From Octopus bimaculoides (lineage: Eukaryota): 64,000 nt of DNA. The stretch lies in contig NC_069006.1 in NCBI RefSeq assembly GCF_001194135.2, positions 16,891,008-16,955,007 of the forward strand, read 5' to 3'. A program made the position numbers and the translations under genes. Positions 40,577-52,770 of the stretch are shown in pieces (within the stretch, counting starts at the first letter, position 1; every line of letters starts with the position of its first letter). Below the pieces are notes generated by a model. The model was not told the DNA's origin. It did no database searches and worked only from the letters and a program-made list of their open reading frames with translations.

Positions 40577-43500
40577 CACACACATACATATCAATAACAT
40601 AATTTAAGAACAAACATTGAATTCAGGTTAACGAACTTTATATATCCACGCTTTTACACTTCATTACATATAAATGATACCATGGCTTTCAAATGTCAAA
40701 AAAAAAAAAGCCAAAAAACAAACAAGCACCAGGTAAAAATAAATATATAAAAAATATAAAATACACAGGACCTGCCCAGAACACGTAGTCTGGACAGATC
40801 CTGTGTATTTTGTATATTTTTTTATATGTGATTTGTACCTGGTATTAGTTTTTTTTCTTTCTGACATTTGAAAGCCATGGTATTATTTATATGTAATGAA
40901 GTGTAAAAGCATGGATATATAAAGTTCGTTAACCTGAATTTAATGTTTGTTCTTATATTATTGGTATGTCTCTGGCTTAATATCATTTGAGCATTTCACT
41001 CCTGTGGTCCTATATGTATTCATCTCTTCCAATGGATAATTTATCTTGATCTCGCTATTTATAGCATTATCACGCGTTTGAGAAATAAATTTATTTCTGT
41101 ATCTTACAATACATCTCAACGCTTCTAAAACAGAACAAACTTTGTTTGTTTACTTTCATCGTAAAGTTGAATTTAACGTTAGCGTCATATATATATGTAT
41201 ATATATATATGCATATGTATTATCTTTCCAAGAAGATGTAGGTCTGTGTAGATATCTCATACATAAATTTTTACTCTCTAACCATTATCATGCATTTTGT
41301 TTCTGATAAGCCAGATAGGTTTAACTAAGTTCTATTGGTTCTTAGAACATTAAATTCTTTCATTTTCTTTGTACAAGTTCTGATGGAGGTTCAATATGTT
41401 GTTTATCCCACAAGGGTCTATAAAATATTTTATAGTCTTTTTATGTTTTAAATCAATAACGTGGTATATGAAATGTGTCAATAAAATGTCTTATGATGTT
41501 TTAGTTGCGTCACTCTTCTGAATTCAGATACCACTAGGGGTTATCTTTGTATTTCAACTGTTTGTTGAGTTAATACCTGTACCAGTTATGTACAGGGGAA
41601 GGCTTTTATATAGTGTGTACATGTTAAGTACTGAGGTTGATATCATACTCTCTCTCAGGAATTTTGTGGTCTTGTTTCTTTGTTAGAAATTGTCATTATT
41701 GAATTTTACCTGTCATCCTACCTGGGTGGATAAAAATAACGTAGCAGTTAAGTACTGGTCGTCAGTTTAATTGACTAATCTCTCACTTCAGAAACTGCAG
41801 TCCTTGTGCCTATTAAAAATTATTATAAATGTCCATCGAATGTAAACAAAACCATCACCTGTTGTCAAGCAGACACACACACATAGATATACATTAGATG
41901 GGCTTCTTTCTATTTCTGTCTATCAAATTCACTCTCAAGGCTTTGGTCATCCCAAGGTTGTAGTAGAAGACACTTGCTCAAGGTGCCATGCAGTGGGACT
42001 GAACCTGGAACCATGTGGTTGTGAAGCAAGCTTCTTACCCCACAGCCATGCTTAAAATAGCCTTGCTTAAAAGCAAGCTTCTTACCCCACAGCCATAATT
42101 AAAAATTATTATAATTTGCAGAAGGTGGCAACCCGGCAGAATTGGTGGCATACCAGACAACATGCTTGTTGGTATTTCATCTGTCCTTATGTTTTGAGTT
42201 TAATTTCCGCCAAAGTTGACTTCGCCTTTCATCCTTTCAGGGTTGATAAATTAAGTACCAGTCAAACGCTGGGGTCAGTGTAATAAATTTGTTCCCCACC
42301 ACATATCCTCTTTGGAGGAGGATAAGTAAACACTACCGTTTTCAGAGCCACTAACAAGACTTAGATGAGTGAGGCTGTAAAAGACACTTACCCAAGGTGT
42401 CATATTGTGGGACTGAACCCGGAATCATGTTGTTCCATATCTGTTGAGTTGTATTCTGTTCTGTATGTTAGACTCAGACATGCATTTAGTCTTTAATTAT
42501 ATTCTGCTCTAATTATTCTGTCTTCTAACTAGTGTCCCAAATTGTTGTATTTTGTTTGGTTTTCTATTTATCTGGGTCCAGTCATCTTTCATTATCTCTG
42601 TCAATACTTTGTAACAGTGGTTCTCAACTGGGGTCAAATTAAAAATTTTGTTAAAATTTATCTGCAATAAACTTATATTTCTACAATACACAAAATATTT
42701 TAAATTTTTAAATACAATTCTTAATAATCCTTTTTTTAGCCATTGTCCATATTTGTTATACCTTCAGAACCACGAGTAATGCAAATCATTTGCTTTGAAT
42801 TAAATTTTGCCGAGCATATGCAAAAACTTATGCACACACACGCACTGGGGCCCTGATTTGGGAGTCCGTGAAGAATGAGGAACCACCTTTTAGCCACTAT
42901 TGTTCCTTACTCTAACCCAGCGTAGTAGCACCTGCCAGGGTCCCAGCAATATGTTAATTAGCATGTTATGGAAGAAACCCCAAGCACAAACCCTCACTGC
43001 TTTATGAATGTCTTGGGAAACGAATGTCTAAGGGAGTCAGCCTTGGCAGCAGATTAAGGAGTGGAGTCTTGGCAGTCTGGTACTCTCTTTGATACTCTTC
43101 TGGCAACTCCAGGGTAGTAGAAGTTCTCCAGCTTTGTAAAACAATTCAGTTAGCAAAAGGCCACACCAATGTAAAACCTAAAGCTTGCTGGTCATTGCAA
43201 CTGTCCTTAGCCCACAGATCCACTGTGGTTAAATCTTCAAGTCTAAAGGGTGGAATTGGATTGCATGGACTCACCTAAGTGCTGCAAGAGGATTGGATTA
43301 CATATCTACTTGGGGGTGTGTCACTCTTCTTTATGTTCTGGCACAAAGAAACTGCCATCATCATATATAGCTTACATTTTTTCAATGGAGTTTTCCAGTG
43401 ATACATTTTAGATGGTGTAGATTTGGGCTATCTTTTATCTTCTTTCAGTCATTTGACTGTGGCCATGCCGGGGCACTGCCTTGAAGAATTTTTTTTTAGT

Positions 43501-46500
43501 TAACATATCGATGACAGTACTCATTCTATCTTCCTCTTTTGCCCTACCGCTAAGTTATGGGGACGTAAACACACCAACACCCATTGTCAAGCGGTGGTGG
43601 TAGAGACACACAAATCATCGGCTTCTATCAGTTTTCGTCTACCAAACCAACTCACAAAACTTTGGTCAGCCCTTGGAGACATTTACCCAAGGTGCCACTC
43701 AGCGGGACTGAACCCGGAACATGTGGTTGGGAAGCAAGCTTTTTACCACACAGTCACGCCTTCGCCTATATATTCGAATTTGTAAAAGCAAATATCAGAG
43801 GAGTCGAGAAAAGTTTCGGATAATTCACGCACTTTCTCAAAACTGGATATTTTATCATAAAATCTAATATAAATACGTTTCAGATTGTGTAATGATGTGG
43901 AGGAAAAAAAAATTGACGATAGGGTCGGATAATTCACACACTGACTTTGTCTCCACTTTCGTTTCCGCATTTTGATGAGGTGTGTGAATTATCGCCCCTC
44001 CCCACCCAACTTTTCTTTTCCCCCCATCAAATTCCAATATAGTCGTAATCAACATCTGAAACTTGTGTGTTGAAAATTCTATTTAAAAATGTCCATTTTT
44101 TAGAAAGTTATGAGAAACAAAATCTTGGAGTAGGGTGGGATGTTGCATACGTATATCTTACAGCATGAATCAGAAGTACTGAAATAAACTTAGATATTAG
44201 AATGCCTTAGCTGGGATAAAGAACTATATAGGAATGTTAACGTATTTCTTCCATGCTTTTGATGTACGGGAAAAAAAGGAGTGCGGAAACTCCTGATGTT
44301 CCCGTTCCTCAGAGAAGACATACCCCGATTTCTTCTCTAATCAGAAGCGTAGAAATTTAAAAGAAAGGAATAGTCGATTATATTGAACCTCGTACTTTAT
44401 TTTATCGATTTTAAAAGGACGAAAGGCAAATATGACCTCGGCGGCATTTGAATTTAGAAAAAGAGCCGCCCAACGCTCTCTCACCGCCCTTTATATAGAT
44501 ATAATGGATGGAAAATATACGAGCAGAGTATGCTAATACAAATGAAGAGGAGTAAACTAAACAGAAGAAAAGGACTTTTTCCTTGCTTTCTCCACGCGCA
44601 CATGGATAGCCATAATTTGACGTCATTTGTGTTTTTCACTTCCTGTCCCGTAAGGTTATCTCCCTTGCCTTATCTATACTTCCTCTCTTCACACCTTTCT
44701 CTGTGTCTTCCTCTCTTCACCCACTCTCTCTCTCTCTCTCTCTTTACTGTACTATCCACCTCTATTTTCCTCTCCCTCCGTTCTGCCTCTGTTCACGCTC
44801 TCTCGCTATATTCCCTTACTCTCTATTAAAAACGTCTTCCCCTCTCCTTGCTCTGTCTGTCTCTTCCTGTCTGTCTCTCCTTCTGCTTTTGTTGTTCTTT
44901 TATATCTAGCTATAGTTATATCTATTATGTTCACACGTAAATATTGCAGTGTTCGTTCTTTTAGCAGCCGAGAAGTTTTCAGTGTCACCTGTTTTTATTT
45001 TCTGGAATTTTCATAAAATTTTTGCGAATTTCTGTTCTACCCAAGGGAATTCTTACGCTGGTAGAGATGGACNNNNNNNNNNNNNNNNNNNNNNNNNNNN
45101 NNNNNNNNNNNNNNNNNNNNNNNNNNNNNNNNNNNNNNNNNNNNNNNNNNNNNNNNNNNNNNNNNNNNNNNNNNNNNNNNNNNNNNNNNNNNNNNNNNNN
45201 NNNNNNNNNNNNNNNNNNNNNNNNNNNNNNNNNNNNNNNNNNNNNNNNNNNNNNNNNNNNNNNNNNNNNNNNNNNNNNNNNNNNNNNNNNNNNNNNNNNN
45301 NNNNNNNNNNNNNNNNNNNNNNNNNNNNNNNNNNNNNNNNNNNNNNNNNNNNNNNNNNNNNNNNNNNNNNNNNNNNNNNNNNNNNNNNNNNNNNNNNNNN
45401 NNNNNNNNNNNNNNNNNNNNNNNNNNNNNNNNNNNNNNNNNNNNNNNNNNNNNNNNNNNNNNNNNNNNNNNNNNNNNNNNNNNNNNNNNNNNNNNNNNNN
45501 NNNNNNNNNNNNNNNNNNNNNNNNNNNNNNNNNNNNNNNNNNNNNNNNNNNNNNNNNNNNNNNNNNNNNNNNNNNNNNNNNNNNNNNNNNNNNNNNNNNN
45601 NNNNNNNNNNNNNNNNNNNNNNNNNNNNNNNNNNNNNNNNNNNNNNNNNNNNNNNNNNNNNNNNNNNNNNNNNNNNNNNNNNNNNNNNNNNNNNNNNNNN
45701 NNNNNNNNNNNNNNNNNNNNNNNNNNNNNNNNNNNNNNNNNNNNNNNNNNNNNNNNNNNNNNNNNNNNNNNNNNNNCCCCCCCCGTGATTATATAAATTC
45801 CCATGTGTAGAACAGAAATTCGAAACATTTTTATGAAAATTCCAAAAATTAAAAAGTTTATGAAGGATTATATGGGATGCTTACACTAGAATTCGGCTGA
45901 TACATTTCCAAAAGTATAGATTTTGATTACGTCAATGAAATTTAAAGAAAAATATTCAGAAAATATTCATTTATTTATTTTAACCATTCAATTTCTTGGT
46001 TCATGACTGTGATATAACATTAGAACAGTCAATGACATTATCTTGATATCATGATAAATTGGAATGTATGATGAAAAATTGCCCTGAGTTTACATTTACT
46101 CTACTACAAACCAGACGGAAAGCATTCTGGATGGTTTCCTGTAATTTGCACCTTTCCTGTTTTTATGTGACATGCTTATGTTGTGTGCAATGACCATGAG
46201 CAAGTTATTGACTGGTTAAAAAAAGATATGAACTTAATTTTCTGAAGAAAAATACATAGATGTATATAGATTAAAAAGAATATCGATATAATTGTAACCT
46301 AGATATCAAAAACAAAATTTCATCAGAAAATATGCAAGAAAGTTCTGAAGAAACAGTTAGGTGAAGTTGTCAACTAAACAGTGGTTATGCTCTCATATAT
46401 ACATACAAACCACATGTACAGAAAGAGAGAGAGAGGGTGGAGGGAGGGGGTGATTCAATCTATCCAAGATTATTAATACTAACTACTTGAATAAATAAAT

Positions 46501-48894
46501 TAAAAAAAAAAAGAAAAAGAAAACTAGTCGGAATTGAATTCATAACTGTAAAGGTACAGAACTTGACAGTTTTACTGCCGTGATCATCTCTGTAACATCT
46601 TTGCTATAACGAGATCATCATCATCATCATCATCATCGTTTAACGTCCACTTTCCATGCTAGCATGGGTTGGACGATTTGACTGAGGACTGGTGAAACCG
46701 GATGGCAACACCAGGCTCCAATCTAAATTTGGCAGAGTTTCTACAGCTGGATGCCCTTCCTAACGCCAACCACTCAGAGATGTTAGAAATATTTTTTAAA
46801 GACCTGCTCATCACAACAGAAATAAAATCCTAATGTAAAAAGCATTGGTGTGGGTGCTGGTGCCATGTAAAAAAGTACTCAGTACAATCTGTAAAGTGGT
46901 TAGTGCAGCCCCTGGCCTTGCCAATTCCTGTCAAGTGGTCCAACCCATGCCAGCATGGAATATGGACTTTAGATATTGATGATGATGTCTCTCATACACA
47001 CACACACACACACACACACACGGCCTCTCTCATATGAACTGTGATGTTTTTTGCCTCTCCCAAATGGCATTACCAAGGTAAGTGGAGCAGACAAATTAGT
47101 GGAGCTACACAATTCAATGAAGATTGTTATTCAAACTGCTAGAAATAACAATCAAATTTCTCAGAAATCATTTACATGGAAGTATACATTGTATAATCTA
47201 ATCTGGTGGAGGGGGAAGATATGATAGTTATGACTGGAATACCTTTCACTATATGTTTGCCTTTTTAGGGCCGACCTAGGGCTAAATAACAACTGTGTTC
47301 AATACACGGTCCCTGTTCACTGTAACCTGATTATATCACCATCTCATAGAATGATGACCAATACTCAGTGGTTTCCTTACCATTTATTTCAAATATTGCA
47401 AGATCTTGTGGAAGTATTCTTTTCTTCCTCCTTTTGACCAGCATTCTCTCCCCTACACATATGTTGGTACCTTGCCAAAACCCCTCTCTTTTTCTCTCTC
47501 TCTCTCTCTCTCTCACCAGCTCTTTATTGCTCTTACTTTCTTCTCATGCTTGTCTAACCCTCTCGCACATCCCGTTTTCTTTGATCATCTCTTATTCTCG
47601 CTGTCATTCTATGCCCCATAGGAGCAAATGAGACCACAGACACGGTAAGTCATTAGTATGCAGTGTTTATTTAACAGTAATATGAATGTGTATAGTACAT
47701 TTGGTCTGTTTAGCATTTTTATGTGTATAACAGTAAACACACGTATAGTAATAGTTACTACACTGGTTCACCATGCCTTCTCCGAGTCATTAGGCTCTGG
47801 TCACAAGAGAGCTACTCTGGTTTCTTTCAGTTGTTGGGTTGAGGCCATTAGGGGTCACCTACCTTCATTCAGTTAATAGAATGTAACCATGGGAAGTCAC
47901 CCTGCTATTTAGTTTCTTGGCTGTAGTCATGAAGTTGTTACTATTTTCATTCAGTCATTTGACTTAGGCTGTGAATGGGGGATACCCTATTTTCTTGCTA
48001 CTGTTGATTATATTAATATCTAGTTGTTATTGGTTACATTGATATTTAGTTCTTTATAATTTGGCGGACCTAGGAATGTGACCAAATACCAGGAAGAATT
48101 TTGTCCAATGCTTTACATGGGCAGGAAAATAATTTCAGAAGGTGTATGTTTTGGGAAGTGGGTGATTGGAAATAGGTTTGTGTGGGCTTGGGATGAGCTG
48201 ACACAATGGGGGTGATGAGAGGAGGAGAGATAATTTGGGAGTACACAAGCGGAAGTAATAATACAAGCTGACTCCAAAGAGCATAAGGCCACATTAATAG
48301 CAGTAGCAGAGAAGAGAGAGAGAGGAAGTGGAAGAGGAGGAAGGCTGTCTGTGGGCCAGGTGTTGGAATTTGTTTGCGAGAAATTCCATGTTGATCAGTT
48401 GCATGTCTATTTTCTGGGTGTAGAATAGGACATTTGAATGTGTAGCTGAATTTCAGATCTGGCAGCAGAGTCCTCCATTGTGGTTCTAGGATATCTGTGT
48501 GTGTAACAGTAGCAGCAGCAGCAGCATTCCCTTATTCAGAAGCAGTACATCATTGTAGGTCTACATTATCTGTGCATCTAGCAGCAGCACTGTCTCCGAT
48601 GTGGGAGCAGTTCTTCATTGTAAGCCTAGGATATCTGTGAAGTAGCAGCACTGATCCGTATGTGAAAGCAGTGTTTTATTGTGAGTCTCTCCTCTGACCT
48701 TTGCTGGTAGCTAACTGCTGGACACTGAAGTATTTTCTGGCTCTTTTAGGATTGGGGAGATTTCAAGCAGTCTTATGTTTTGTGTGCATTTTAATGAAGT
48801 CCTACTCTTCAAGCCTTCTCACTTATCTCTTACATTGTTACAAGATTTGGTGTGACATACAGATAAAAATGTGTGTGTATGTGCGTGCATGCAT

Positions 48895-48938
<44 letters not shown>

Positions 48939-50090
48939 TAGGTCATTCCATAAATAATGTGGTTTTTTTCCAGTTAAACTAAAAGTAGCAGGGGATGGGA
49001 TAAACTACCTGCATCAATTTGCTATAAAAGCAGGTAGTGATTTTACCTTGTCCATATTTTTACTGCAAGTTTTGAAGAGTACAGTTCGATTTTAAGTTAT
49101 TTTTCTCAAAGCTATAATGAAAGTGACAAAGGAGCGTATTCGGTATATTTTGCTTTATGAGTTCAATAAAGGCAACAGTGAAGCAGAAAGTGCAAGGAAT
49201 ATTAATGCAGTATATGGGGATCGGACAATAAGCGTAAGCCAGTGTCAACAGTGGTTCCGGAAATTCCAAGCTAGAAACTACAGCCTAGAAGACCAGCCTC
49301 ATCCTGGAAGATCTGTAGTACTCAATGAGGATGTCCTGCAATCCCTGGTAGAAGAAAATCCCATTGTAACTGTTGAGGAACTAGCAGAGAAGCTTGGATT
49401 TGGTCATTCAACCATTCATCAACACCTGCAAGCCATTGGAAAAGTTAGCAAATTGGGTCAGTGGGTTCCTCGCAAACTTTCCGAGTCTAATTGCGTGCAG
49501 GAAGTGAATGTGTGCTCCTCTTTGCTGCCACATCTCACGAATGAACCTGTTTTGGACCGAATGGTGATTGGTGGCAAGAAATGGGTTCTCTATAAAAATG
49601 TCAAGTACTGAAGGGAGTAGGTAGGGAAAGGAGAAACACTGGCACGCCGGGCTAAATAAGGTCTTCACCCATGTAAGGTGTTGTTATCTGTTTGGTGAGA
49701 TATGAAAGGTTTAGTTCACTTTGAACTTTTAAACCCAAACCAAGCGATAACAAAGGAGATCTACTGTGAGCAGTTTGAGTGGCTTAAGTCAGTGCTAGAA
49801 GGATGAAAGGAAAATTGACCCTGGTGGGATTTGAACTCAAAATAAATACTGCGAAACAACAACACAGATAATAATGGTTTCAAGTATTGGTACAGGGCTG
49901 AAATTTGGAGGACGGGGACTAGTCGATTACATAGATCCCAGTGTTCAACTGGTACTTATTTCATCAACCCCGAAAGGATGAAAGGCAACGCTGATCTCAG
50001 TAGAATTTGAACTCAGTATGTAAAGACGGACCAAAAGCCACTAAGCATTTTTCCTGGCATGCTAATGATTCTGCCAGCTCACTGCCTTAT

Positions 50091-50121
<31 letters not shown>

Positions 50122-50330
50122 TTAGTAATACATTCTACTATAGGCACAAGGCCTGAAATTGGAGGGGAGGGGACTAGTTGATTACACCGACCCAGCACGT
50201 AATTGGTACTTATTTCATCATCCCTAAAAGGATGAAAGGCCAAGTTGACCTTGGCGGAATTTGAACTTGGAGCGTAGTGACAGATGAAATGCCATGCTAA
50301 TGATTCTACCAGCTCGCCACCTTATGAGGA

Positions 50331-50361
<31 letters not shown>

Positions 50362-50832
50362 CATCGGTTAACGTCTGCCTTCCATGCTAGCATGGGTTGG
50401 ACGATTTGACTGAGGACTGGCAAACCAGATGGCTGCACCAGGCTCCAATCTGATCTGGCAGAGTTTCTACAGCTGGATGCCAACCACTCTGAGAGTGTAG
50501 TGGGTGCTTTTACGTGCCACTGGCACCCACCCACTACACTCTCTGAGTGGTTGGCGTTAGGAAGGGCATCCAGCTGTAGAAACTCTGCCAGATCAGTAAT
50601 AATAATAATAATGAAGGCATAAGGCCTGAAATTTTGTGGGAGGGGACTGGTCGATTATATTGATCCCGGAATTTTACTGGTACTTAATTTAGCCTCTCCG
50701 AAAGGATGAAAGGCAAAGTCGATCTTGGTGGAATTTGAACTCAGAACTTAGTGACAGATGAAATAGCGCTAAGTATTTCGCCTGATGTGCTATTGATTCT
50801 GCCAGCTCACAGCCATCATCATCATCATCATC

Positions 50833-50870
<38 letters not shown>

Positions 50871-51161
50871 TGTTATTATTATTATTATTATTATTATAAT
50901 AATAATAATAATTATGAGTTTCGAATTTTTCCACGAGGGCAGCAATTTTGGGGGAGGGGATGAGTTGATTACATCGANNNNNNNNNNNNNNNNNNNNNNN
51001 NNNNNNNNNATCCCAGTATTCAACTGGTACTTATTTTATCGACTCTGAAAGGATGAAAGGTAAAGTCAACCTTGGTGGAATTTGAACTCAGAACATAGCG
51101 ATGGGTGAAATACTGCTAAGCATTTCATCCAGTGCGCTAACGATTCTGCCAGCTCACCACC

Positions 51162-51195
<34 letters not shown>

Positions 51196-52736
51196 TAATA
51201 ATAATCCTTTTTGCTATAGGTGCAATGCCTCTAGGTTCAGGGAGTAGGTTAGTTGATTACATCAGCCTCAGTGCTCAACTGGTACTTACTTTATCGACCC
51301 TGGAAGGATGAAAGGCAAAGTTGACTTCAGCAGAATTTGAACTTGGAACATTAAGATGGCCAAAAAGCTTCTAGGCATTTCGCCCAGCATGTTAATGATT
51401 CTTTCTACTTGCTGCCTTAAATAATAATAACTGCATCTAACTTAGGTACGAGGCTGGCAATTTTGAGGGGAGAAGGTTAGCTGATACCAACAACCTCAGA
51501 GTACTTGACTGGTATTGAATTTATTGACCCCGAAAGGATGAAAGGCAAAGTTGAATCCAGAAGGATTTGAACTCAGAACAAACAGGATTGTATCTAAATA
51601 CTGGGCTTTATGATTTATCCAATCCACTGCAGTATTTATGTCCATTTTTTGGCAATTTACCTAAAATTTATAAGATTTCAATATTAAAAGCAAATCAAGA
51701 TGGTGAGCCGGCAGAATTGTTAGCACACCAGGTAAAAATACTTTCTGAGTTCAAATTGCCTTTCATACTTTTGGGGTCAATAAAATAAGGACCAGTTGAG
51801 CACTGGGATTACTGTAATCAACTTAACTGTTCCCTCAAAATTACTGGCCTTGTGCCAAAATTTGAAACCAATAATTAGAACAAATCAAATTCATCAGTTG
51901 TGTTGGTAGGATCTGTTTTGACTGTTAATCTCAGTTTAAGAGTTTTGACTTGCTTGAAATAATAGCTAAATCTCTCAAATCATATCAATGTGAACATATT
52001 GAGGAATATCATCTCATATGAATTATATTTAAAACAAGGTAGGATAGTCATGGCCGGACTACTTGGTCAATCCTGACACTGGGAGTAAACAATAACATGT
52101 ACAAAATCTATATTTTGTTGAACACCCCTGACCTCACTGACCTATGATATCGTTGAGTATGAGAAGGTCATCAGTTCTGTAGATGTTGAATATCAGGGGA
52201 GGTAAGTCATTCAATGCTGGTTGATATATCAGTTGCAACAAGCAGTGGGGGAAATAATATCTCACTACAACATCCATTGGCTCCTGTACAGGCTTCTATT
52301 CTGCCTGTTCGACAGTAGGTGCACTTTAACTTGGGAAGATGAGAGGGTTGCTGTTGAGTCCCAGGTGAGTTCCAAAATAAGCAGGTGCATAATCAAAGAT
52401 GTTTGATCCACCTATGACTATCCCATTTTTTTTTTTTCACCAGACTCAGTGTATGCAAGGTGTACTTCTTTTTAACCCTTTAGCATTCAGATTTACTCTG
52501 TTAAATTTAATCATGCATTATCTTGTAGTTTTGAGATTTGAAGGATGTGTTTCTTTTATCTTTTACTTATTCCAATCATTTTGACTGCGGCCATGCTGGG
52601 GCAACACCTTTGAAGGGTTTTTTTTAGTCAAAAACATTGCCCTCCACCAACTTATTCTATTGGTCTCTTTTGCTGGACTGCTAAGTTACAGGGATGTAAA
52701 CACACCAACAACTGTTATCAAGTATTGGTTGGGGGA

Positions 52737-52770
<34 letters not shown>

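Noticed and set aside
42850-43370. GC-richer unique-looking block in the large intron
   Set aside because: The frames I translated are interrupted by stops and no motif was found; probably an old TE.
6569-45828. Long ORFs in the track full of X
   Set aside because: Artefacts of translating N gaps.
47072-47083. Perfect donor AAG|GTAAGT at 47077/47078
   Set aside because: No matching acceptor or pyrimidine tract nearby, and the context looks like a repeat remnant; it could only matter as a first-exon donor.
49801-51580. Repeat-spacer look of the SINE array (CRISPR-like)
   Set aside because: Eukaryotic DNA; units are ~200-bp SINEs and spacers are microsatellites.
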